Assembly (NCBI GenBank): GCA_958428885.1
Contig: CAUAHS010000001.1
Location: 1-25,014, forward strand
Length of the DNA stretch: 25,014 nt
Reading direction: 5' to 3'
Source: an uncultured Eubacteriales bacterium
GTDB taxonomy: Bacteria; Bacillota; Clostridia; Oscillospirales; Oscillospiraceae
The position numbers and the translations under genes are program-made. How positions within the stretch are numbered: the first letter of the stretch is position 1; each line of letters starts with the position of its first letter. This document shows, one piece after another, positions 18,790-25,014 of the stretch. Below the pieces are notes generated by a model. The model searched no databases. It saw only the letters and a program-made list of their open reading frames with translations, and was not told where the DNA came from.

Positions 18790-19779
18790 ATGAAGGTAGT
18801 ATTTGCAGAGGCTCCGAGCACCTGCACCAGGGACATGAGCATAGAGAAGTCCGTGTTTCCCGAGGGCACCGAGTTCGGCATCGCCGTCTTTGACGAGCAC
18901 AGCCAGGACAACGACAAATTCTATGAGGACATAGCCGACGCGGACATAATCATAAACGGCTATATCTACTTCGGGCGCAAGGAGCTCGACGCGCTGAAGA
19001 AATGCCGCGTCATCTCCTTCCAGTCCACCGGCTTCAACGAGGTGGACATAGACTATGCGACGGAAAAGGGCATAGCGGTGGTGTCCATCGAGGACTACTG
19101 CACCCAGGAGACGGCGGAGAACGCCATAGCCCTGATGCTCTTCCTCCAGCGCGGTCTGCGCATCTACGACCGCAGCGTCCAGCGCGACAGGGAGTGGATA
19201 TACGACAAGGCGCCCGGCCTCAAGCGCATCGAAGGACAGGTCATGGGCATAGTCGGTCTGGGGCGCATCGGCCGCTCCGTCGCCAAAAAGGCGCATGGCC
19301 TGGACATGGAGGTCATAGCCTATGACCCGTACATCCCCCAGGAGGTGGCGGACAGCGTCGGCGCCCGGCTGGTGGACATAGACGAGCTGCTGGCCGAAGC
19401 CGACGTCATCTCCGTGCACATGAACCTGACCGACGACAACGTCCACTTCTTCAACAAGGAGAAGTTCGCCAAGTGCAAAAAGCAGCCCATAATCATCAAC
19501 GAGGGACGAGGCGCCATGATAAGCGAGCAGGACCTGGCCTGGGCGCTCGACAACGGCCTCATCAGGGCCGCCGGCCTGGACATGCTCGAGTCCGAGTTCC
19601 CCGACCTCAACGACTGCCCGCTCATCGGCCGTGACAACGTCATCATCACCCCGCACAGCGGCTTTTTCTCGAACACCTCCATGTACCTGCTGTGCAAGTG
19701 CTCGGCGGACAACGCGCTCTATTACTTCAACCGCGAGTTCGACAAGGTACATATCCTCAGAAACAACGTGTATAACTGA
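18790..19779 (+). CDS. D-isomer-specific 2-hydroxyacid dehydrogenase (NAD-dependent)
   Basis: GLGRIG Rossmann motif, YDPY, NEGRG (Arg), LDMLESE (Glu), TPHSG (His). Start is ATG 18790 or GTG 18781. Confidence 0.92.
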   Translation: MKVVFAEAPSTCTRDMSIEKSVFPEGTEFGIAVFDEHSQDNDKFYEDIADADIIINGYIYFGRKELDALKKCRVISFQSTGFNEVDIDYATEKGIAVVSIEDYCTQETAENAIALMLFLQRGLRIYDRSVQRDREWIYDKAPGLKRIEGQVMGIVGLGRIGRSVAKKAHGLDMEVIAYDPYIPQEVADSVGARLVDIDELLAEADVISVHMNLTDDNVHFFNKEKFAKCKKQPIIINEGRGAMISEQDLAWALDNGLIRAAGLDMLESEFPDLNDCPLIGRDNVIITPHSGFFSNTSMYLLCKCSADNALYYFNREFDKVHILRNNVYN

Positions 19780-19787
19780 AAAGACGC

Positions 19788-19818
19788 AAAAAGGACCGCC
19801 CATATGGGCGGCCCTTTT
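19788..19818. terminator. Probable bidirectional terminator
   Basis: aaaaagg-a-ccgccca-ta-tgggcgg-c-cctttt between convergent genes. Confidence 0.75.
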
Positions 19819-19831
19819 ATCTTTGCCGGGC

Positions 19832-20083
19832 TCATGCTATGAGTGCGGAGGCGCGGTCAAAGTCGGATTTTTTGACGTAGATGTGGTAGGTGAAGCAGGC
19901 GCCGTCGGCAAAGTCGGAGTAGCGCGCGTTTCCGTTGGTGAGGTTCATGCCCATTCTGGCGTGGACGCCCTTGGTCTGCATGGAGTACGGCACGCCTGCG
20001 GCCTTCAGCGTGGACCAGACGCGGGCTGCGTCCTCGGCGTCGCTGCCGGAGTAGATGAGCTTTCGGTTCAGGATGTTGAGCAT
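19832..20083 (-). CDS. Small hypothetical protein (DUF2007 / PII-like fold suspected)
   Basis: 83 aa, RBS ggaggtg; pattern L.AAGVPY ... Y.IYV...DFDRA resembles DUF2007-like proteins; upstream TTGCCT-18-TATCAT. Confidence 0.7.
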   Translation of the reverse strand: MLNILNRKLIYSGSDAEDAARVWSTLKAAGVPYSMQTKGVHARMGMNLTNGNARYSDFADGACFTYHIYVKKSDFDRASALIA

Positions 20084-20161
20084 TTCGGCACCTCCAGGGC
20101 GAAAATATGTCGGCTGCGGTCCCTTTTTCTATATGATACCATATCCGAGCACGGTCAGGCA

Positions 20162-20189
20162 ACATAAACATTTGCCCCGCGCATATAAT
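20162..20189 (+). promoter_or_regulatory. Candidate mother-cell sporulation (sigE/sigK-type) promoter
   Basis: ACATAAA ... CATATAAT (20182-20189) resembles the CATA-nnn-T -10 element with an ATA/ACA -35 element. Confidence 0.4.
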
Positions 20190-20222
20190 GGGATTGGCCA
20201 CGGCCGGAAAGGAGACCATTAA

Positions 20223-20591
20223 ATGGTTAATGAATTCAACGCCGATCTTCTCAACGAGACCCAGACTTGCCCCACCGTGGGTTATCAGTCTGCGTCCATC
20301 TGCGTGCCCGTCACGGTGACGCCCTTTGCCCAGACCGGGGCGACCATGACCAAGTGCTGCGGCGACCCCGTCGTGACGCAGGGACGTGAGACCTGCGGCG
20401 GCATGAAGAACGGCTCCTGCTTCTTCACCATCACGCAGGATATCTGCGTGGCCGTACCTGTCGAGTTCGGCGCGATTGCGACGGTGGGCGACACCTACGT
20501 CAACTGCAACGGCGCCTCGGAGAAGGACATCTGCTCCGACTGCGAGGGCATCACGCCCATGCCCGGGACTATCGCCTCATCCGAAGCCTGA
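20223..20591 (+). CDS. Cysteine-rich hypothetical protein (possible spore coat/exosporium protein)
   Basis: 122 aa, 10 Cys, beta-strand-rich CVPVTV / CVAVPV segments; RBS gaaaggag; own terminator; host-like codon usage. Confidence 0.75.
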   Translation: MVNEFNADLLNETQTCPTVGYQSASICVPVTVTPFAQTGATMTKCCGDPVVTQGRETCGGMKNGSCFFTITQDICVAVPVEFGAIATVGDTYVNCNGASEKDICSDCEGITPMPGTIASSEA

Positions 20592-20630
20592 CCGCAATAC
20601 AGCCCGGGGCAAGCCGCCCCGGTATATGAC

Positions 20631-20667
20631 GACGCCGGAACGGGTCTGCGCCCGTCCCGGCGTTTTT
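20631..20667 (+). terminator. Rho-independent terminator
   Basis: gacgccggaacggg / cccgtcccggcgtt stem followed by a T-run. Confidence 0.7.
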
Positions 20668-20671
20668 GCGC

Positions 20672-22261
20672 CTATGCGATTATCGCCCGGCCGTTGGTCT
20701 CGCCGGTGAACTTGCCCTCAGCTATGGCTGGCCTGCCGCCGACGAACACGTAGTCCATGCCCGAGGCCAGACCGTCCGGGTGCTCGTAGCTGTCGCGCTC
20801 GCGGATGTTCTCGGCATCGAAGAGGCAGAGGTCGGCGTCGGCGCCGGGGGCTATGACGCCCTTCCCGGCGAGGCGGAAGCGCTCCGCCGGCTGGCCCGTG
20901 ACCTTGTGCACGGCTTCGGTCAGGCTCAGCGTGCCCTTCTCGCGCACATAGCGCTCGATGAGGCGGGGGAAGGTGCCGTACACCCTCGGGTGCAGCAGCC
21001 CGCTCACGGGGTAGGTAGCGTCCGAGATGACCCCCGAGAAGGGCGCACGCAGTATATCGCAGATGTCCTCCTCGTCCGCGATGAAGTCTATCATCGAGAC
21101 CGCACAGTGCTCCGAGGCGAGCAGGTCGAAGAGCGCGTCGAAGGGCTCGCAGCCGCGCTCGGCGGCTATCTCGGCAATCGAGCGGCCCTCGAAGGCGAGG
21201 TTCTCCGGCCGGTGCAGGCTCGTGGCGCGGATGTTCTCAAAGCCGACGAGCAGGGAGATGTTCTCAAAGTCCGAGCCCGTCTCCATCCGCCGGCGCATCT
21301 TTGCGCGCTGCTCCGGGTCGGAGAGCGCCGAGGTCAGCGCCTCGGTGCCGCCCGCCTGAAACTCCGGCGGCAGGACGTGGATGAGCTGGGTCGAGCCCGC
21401 GGGGTAGGGGTAGACGTCGCACATGACGTCGAGACCCTCCTGGCGTGCCGAGTCTATGAGATGCAGCATCTCCGGCACGGCGGAGCGCCAGTTGCGGCGG
21501 CCTATGGCCTTGAGGTGGCTTATCTCCAGCGGCATCCTCAGCTCGCGCGCGACGGCGAGCATCTCACGCAGGGCGTCCACCACGCCGTCGCCCTCCTGAC
21601 GCATGTGCACGGTGACGACGGTGCCGCTGTCCCTGAGCGGCTCCAGCGCGCGGATGAGGCCCGCCGTGTCGTAAAAGCACTCCGGCGCATAGCCGAGCCC
21701 CAGCGAGACGCCGACCGCTCCGTCAGCGAGGCAGCTCTCGAGCAGGGCGTGTATCTCGCGGTACTGTCCGTCCGTGAGCGGAGCGTCCGAAAAGCCCGCC
21801 GCACAGGCCCGAATGGTGCCCATCCCGGCCAGCATGGCCGTGTTGAGCGGCAGGGCGGCTCCGGCGGCGGAGCGGAGATATCCTGCCATGTCGGGAAAGT
21901 CCCGCCCCTCCGGCAGCTCGCCGACGATGGGGGAGAGGTAGCTTGCTATTTCCCCGGCAAAGGGCCCTCGCACGGGCGAGAGCGAGAGGCCGCAGTTGCC
22001 GTTTATGACGGTGGTCAGGCCCTGGGTGAGCTCCGCCCGACCCCAGCCCGGGCGAAAGAGCGCAGCGTCGGCGTGGCGGTGGATGTCGATGAACCCGGGC
22101 GTCAGGCAGCGCCCACGGGCATCGACGACGAGCGCAGCTTCTGCGCCGCTCAATTCGCCGACGGCGGCGATGCGCCCGCCCGATACGGCGGCGTCGCCTG
22201 TGTACGCCTCCCGGCCGGTGCCGTCTATTATGCTGGCACCGCGGATGATGAGGTCGAACAT
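20672..22261 (-). CDS. N-acyl-D-amino-acid deacylase (D-aminoacylase) family amidohydrolase
   Basis: PGFIDIHRHAD, GNCG, HMR, ISHLK, DVYPY.AGST, ISD, HPR.YGTFPR motifs. Confidence 0.9.
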   Translation of the reverse strand: MFDLIIRGASIIDGTGREAYTGDAAVSGGRIAAVGELSGAEAALVVDARGRCLTPGFIDIHRHADAALFRPGWGRAELTQGLTTVINGNCGLSLSPVRGPFAGEIASYLSPIVGELPEGRDFPDMAGYLRSAAGAALPLNTAMLAGMGTIRACAAGFSDAPLTDGQYREIHALLESCLADGAVGVSLGLGYAPECFYDTAGLIRALEPLRDSGTVVTVHMRQEGDGVVDALREMLAVARELRMPLEISHLKAIGRRNWRSAVPEMLHLIDSARQEGLDVMCDVYPYPAGSTQLIHVLPPEFQAGGTEALTSALSDPEQRAKMRRRMETGSDFENISLLVGFENIRATSLHRPENLAFEGRSIAEIAAERGCEPFDALFDLLASEHCAVSMIDFIADEEDICDILRAPFSGVISDATYPVSGLLHPRVYGTFPRLIERYVREKGTLSLTEAVHKVTGQPAERFRLAGKGVIAPGADADLCLFDAENIRERDSYEHPDGLASGMDYVFVGGRPAIAEGKFTGETNGRAIIA

Positions 22262-22270
22262 GGCCAGTCC

Positions 22271-22825
22271 TCAGCAGCCGGGGTACTGGACGCGGCGGCG
22301 CAGGTCGGCGGCGAAGTCGTCGCCCTTCAAGAGCCGCACCAGCTCGAGGCCCATGTCTATGGCAAAGCCGACGCCGCGTCCGGTGGTGATGTTGCCGTCG
22401 GTCACGACGCCCTGGCGGGTGTATTCGGCGCCGCCGAGCTTGTCCTCCCAGCCGGGGTGGCAGGTGGCGCTGCGGCCGTCGAGCAGGCCGAGACGGCCCA
22501 GTATGCTGGGGGCGGCGCAGAGCGCGGCAACACGCTTCCCCTCGGCGGCAAAGCGGCTCACGAGCTCGCAGAGCCCCTTGTGCGCATAGAGGTTCTCGGT
22601 CCCGGGCATGCCGCCGGGGAGATAGAGGATGTCGCTGCTCTCGAACTCGGCGTCCTCAAAGAGCACATCCGCCGCGATGCGCACGCCGTGGGAGCTGGTT
22701 ATCTCGGGCCTGCCCATGACGGACACGGTCTGCACCTCTATGCCCGCCCTCCGGGCCACATCCACAACGGCGAGGCACTCGACCTCCTCGGAGCCGTCGG
22801 CCATGAAAACGCTTATCTTGCTCAT
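22271..22825 (-). CDS. DJ-1/ThiJ (YajL-like) family protein
   Basis: GSEEVE (Glu), LPGGMPG, ALCAAP (nucleophilic Cys), ATCHP, VVTDGNITTGRG; RBS ggaggt. Confidence 0.92.
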   Translation of the reverse strand: MSKISVFMADGSEEVECLAVVDVARRAGIEVQTVSVMGRPEITSSHGVRIAADVLFEDAEFESSDILYLPGGMPGTENLYAHKGLCELVSRFAAEGKRVAALCAAPSILGRLGLLDGRSATCHPGWEDKLGGAEYTRQGVVTDGNITTGRGVGFAIDMGLELVRLLKGDDFAADLRRRVQYPGC

Positions 22826-22857
22826 ATGAAAAACCTCCCGGTCAAGAATTCGCCGCC

Positions 22858-22946
22858 ATTATACCCCAGCCGCACCGAAATGAAAAGCCCCGGCTGCGTG
22901 TTGCAGAGAATAATAGTTTGCAATTTAACAGCCGCCGGGCTAAAAT
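22858..22946. promoter_or_regulatory. Divergent sigmaA-like promoters (DJ-1 operon / Crp gene)
   Basis: Minus strand: TTTTCA(22886-22881)-17-TATAAT(22863-22858). Plus strand: TTGCAA(22918)-17-TAAAAT(22941). Confidence 0.6.
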
Positions 22947-22981
22947 AAATGTGAAACTTACGAAGAGGGGAGGGGAGAACC

Positions 22982-23701
22982 GTGGAAAAGAGCCGCTTTT
23001 CAAAGGAAGTATACGACTTTGGCGGCGCTAGCATCAGCAGCTCCTGCATAATCTGCTCTAACTCCGATCTGAGCGCCTGGGACGCCGTCGGCACCCTCGC
23101 GTCTTACCCGAAAAACCACGTGCTGCTCACTCGGGACGAGGTGCCGGACAGGTTCTACATCGTCAAAAGCGGCACGGTCGTCGGCTATGAGGAGCTCGCC
23201 AACGGCAACGAGCTCATTTGCTACGTCATGGAGAAGAACGCCATGCTGCTGGAGGCCAACGTGCTGCTCTCCCGGCCGTCGCCCGTGAGCTTTCGCACGC
23301 TGGAGGCGTCGGAGCTGCTCTGCGTGAGCCGGGAAAAGCTGCTTGAGACTGTGAATGCCGAGCCCCGGGCGCTATTTCCGCTCTTCTGTTCCGTCTCGGA
23401 CAAGTTCCTGGAGGCGATGGACGAGCTGCGTGAGGCCAAGAGCCGCAGCGCCGAGTGGAGGCTCTGCCAGCTGCTGCTGCAATTCGCAGCAAGCTACGGC
23501 GCCGCCTACGACGGCAAGGTGCTCATTCGCAAGCGCATCAACATCCAGCTCCTGACCCAGATACTCGGCATCAACCGCTCAACCACCGTCCGCTCCATGC
23601 GCACGCTGCGTGACCTCGGCCTCATAGAGCACATAAACGGCTTCTACTGCGTGCGTTCCATCGAGGCCCTCAGACGCCATCAGGAGCTCCTGGAGGACTA
23701 G
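22982..23701 (+). CDS. Crp/Fnr family transcriptional regulator
   Basis: cNMP-like beta-barrel (FYIVKSGTV...NGNE), dimer helix then AEWRLCQLL, HTH (QILGINRSTTVRSMRTLRDLGLI); GTG start with ggagg RBS. Confidence 0.88.
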   Translation: MEKSRFSKEVYDFGGASISSSCIICSNSDLSAWDAVGTLASYPKNHVLLTRDEVPDRFYIVKSGTVVGYEELANGNELICYVMEKNAMLLEANVLLSRPSPVSFRTLEASELLCVSREKLLETVNAEPRALFPLFCSVSDKFLEAMDELREAKSRSAEWRLCQLLLQFAASYGAAYDGKVLIRKRINIQLLTQILGINRSTTVRSMRTLRDLGLIEHINGFYCVRSIEALRRHQELLED

Positions 23702-23728
23702 CGAAGTCTTAAAATATGAACAAACTGT

Positions 23729-23766
23729 AAACATACGCAGGCGCATTTGCGCCTGCGTATGTTTTT
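23729..23766 (+). terminator. Perfect 17-bp inverted repeat; terminator of the Crp gene
   Basis: aaacatacgcaggcgca-tt-tgcgcctgcgtatgttt followed by tt. Confidence 0.75.
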
Positions 23767-23850
23767 GCGCATTGCCAGGCTCTGCGACATCGTGAAATAA
23801 TAAACATGCTCACCGGAATACGGCTCCATGCCAACTAAGGAGGAAATAAA

Positions 23851-24735
23851 ATGGCGTTACCTGAATTTGACTACATTGCCGCCAAGTCGCTGGAAGAGGC
23901 CTCGGGCCTCATGGTGTCCCTGGGCAGCAAATGTGTCGTAATGTCCGGCGGCACGGATGTTATTTTGCAGATCCCGAAGTCCGTGACGCGGGGCATGACC
24001 ACCGTGATCGACCTCAAGACAATTCCCGGGCTCACGAGGCTCGACTACGTCGAGGGCGAGGGGCTGTACATAGGCTCCAACACCAAGCTCTTCGACATCC
24101 AGTCCTCGCCCATAGTGAAGGAAAAGATGCCCGCAGTGGCAAAGTCGGCGCACTACGTCGGCTCCAACCAGGTCCGGCGCAAGGGCACCATGGCGGGCAA
24201 CATCTGCAACGCCTCGCCCACGGCGGACACCTCGCCCATCCTGCTCGCGATGAACGCGCGCGTCACCGTCACCGGCCCTGAGGGCAGCCGCGCGGTGCCC
24301 ATCGACGAGTTCTGGACCGGCTTCAAGAAGATCAACGTCGACAAATCCAAGGGCGAGCTCGTGACCGAGATTTTCATCCCCGAGCTCGGTCCCGGCGAGG
24401 GCTCGTCCTACTTCAAGCACTCCGTCCGCAAGGCCATGGACCTCGCCATCGTCGGCGTCGCCGCCTGGCTGCGCATGAAAGACGGCAAGGTCGCTGACGC
24501 CCGCATCGCCGTCGGCGGCGGCGACGTCATCACCGTGCGCGCGAAAAAGGCGGAGCAGCTGCTCATCGGCAGCGAGATAACCGACGAGGTGCTCGAAAAG
24601 GTCGGCGTGCAGGCGGCGGACGAGATGAACCCGCGCTCGAGTCTCCGCGCCTCGGCGGAGTACCGCTACGACATGATCCGCGTCTATACGAAGCGCGCCA
24701 TCAACGAGGCCATCGCCACGATGAGGGCCGAGTAA
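23851..24735 (+). CDS. Xanthine dehydrogenase family FAD-binding (medium) subunit
   Basis: FDY....SLEEA, SGGTD, VGSNQVR..GTMAGNICNASPTAD, R.AMDLA, RASAEYR; RBS aaggagga. Confidence 0.92.
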   Translation: MALPEFDYIAAKSLEEASGLMVSLGSKCVVMSGGTDVILQIPKSVTRGMTTVIDLKTIPGLTRLDYVEGEGLYIGSNTKLFDIQSSPIVKEKMPAVAKSAHYVGSNQVRRKGTMAGNICNASPTADTSPILLAMNARVTVTGPEGSRAVPIDEFWTGFKKINVDKSKGELVTEIFIPELGPGEGSSYFKHSVRKAMDLAIVGVAAWLRMKDGKVADARIAVGGGDVITVRAKKAEQLLIGSEITDEVLEKVGVQAADEMNPRSSLRASAEYRYDMIRVYTKRAINEAIATMRAE

Positions 24736-24747
24736 GGAGGACGAAGA

Positions 24748-25014
24748 ATGAAGAAGATAATCCATTTCACACTCAACGGCGAGCCTGTCGAGGCCCTTGC
24801 GCCGGTGAACATGACCATGGTGGACTTCCTCCGCAAGGAGATGCACCTCACCGGCACCAAGCGCGGCTGTGAGGAGGGCGAGTGCGGCGCCTGCACCATC
24901 CTGCTCGACGGCAGGGCCGTACCCAGCTGCATTATGCTCGCCGTCGAGGCCGACGGCCACGAGATAACCACCATCGAGGGCGTCAGGCAAAACGGCGTGC
25001 TGCATCCGCTCCAG
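24748..25014 (+). CDS. Xanthine dehydrogenase family [2Fe-2S] (small) subunit, 3'-partial; absent from the ORF track
   Basis: Manual translation MKKIIHFTLNGEPVE...LTGTKRGCEEGECGACTILLDGRAVPSC...ITTIEG...LHPLQ; RBS taaggagg; runs off the window end. Confidence 0.92.
   Translation, partial: MKKIIHFTLNGEPVEALAPVNMTMVDFLRKEMHLTGTKRGCEEGECGACTILLDGRAVPSCIMLAVEADGHEITTIEGVRQNGVLHPLQ

Noticed and set aside
22262..22276. DJ-1 ending in Cys-TGA as a possible selenocysteine readthrough
   Set aside because: The protein is already full length, the next gene's RBS overlaps the stop, and no SECIS-like hairpin is evident.
20666..22948. 760-aa plus-strand ORF
   Set aside because: Antisense shadow of the D-aminoacylase and DJ-1 genes; no motifs; expected in high-GC DNA.
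23857..25005. 382-aa minus-strand ORF
   Set aside because: Antisense to the XDH subunits; the plus-strand genes carry the family motifs and RBSs.
1..25014. CRISPR arrays, tRNA/rRNA, IS elements, prophage or defence genes
   Set aside because: No regularly spaced repeats, RNA gene signatures, transposase/integrase or nuclease motifs were seen.

Overview
GC-rich bacterial chromosomal segment. Gene content, Shine-Dalgarno usage (AGGAGG) and sigmaA-type promoters suggest an anaerobic Clostridia member such as Oscillospiraceae (inference). In order: a 5'-truncated copA with two recently duplicated C-terminal metal-binding domains, followed by copZ; a membrane-anchored XRE regulator; an orphan four-carbon acid-sugar kinase; and two tandem ~700-aa lipoproteins with a solute-binding domain but no ABC permease or ATPase. 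Next comes a ~10-kb catabolic island (9635-19779) encoding a LarA-superfamily racemase, an MFS transporter, a four-subunit VOR-type 2-oxoacid:ferredoxin oxidoreductase, a Na+/solute symporter, a FadR regulator, a HadA/FldA-like class III CoA-transferase and a D-2-hydroxyacid dehydrogenase. It is followed by two small hypothetical genes (one Cys-rich behind a sigE/sigK-like promoter), a DJ-1 plus D-aminoacylase operon, a Crp/Fnr regulator with an N-terminal CxxC, and the start of a xanthine-dehydrogenase-family molybdoenzyme operon (3'-truncated). The best candidate for an uncharacterised system is the LarA/VOR/CoA-transferase/D-HADH island, which reads as a stereo-convergent anaerobic 2-hydroxyacid oxidation pathway with no dehydratase in the window. 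No rRNA, tRNA, CRISPR array or transposase was recognised. All calls come from motif reading; no database searches were run.
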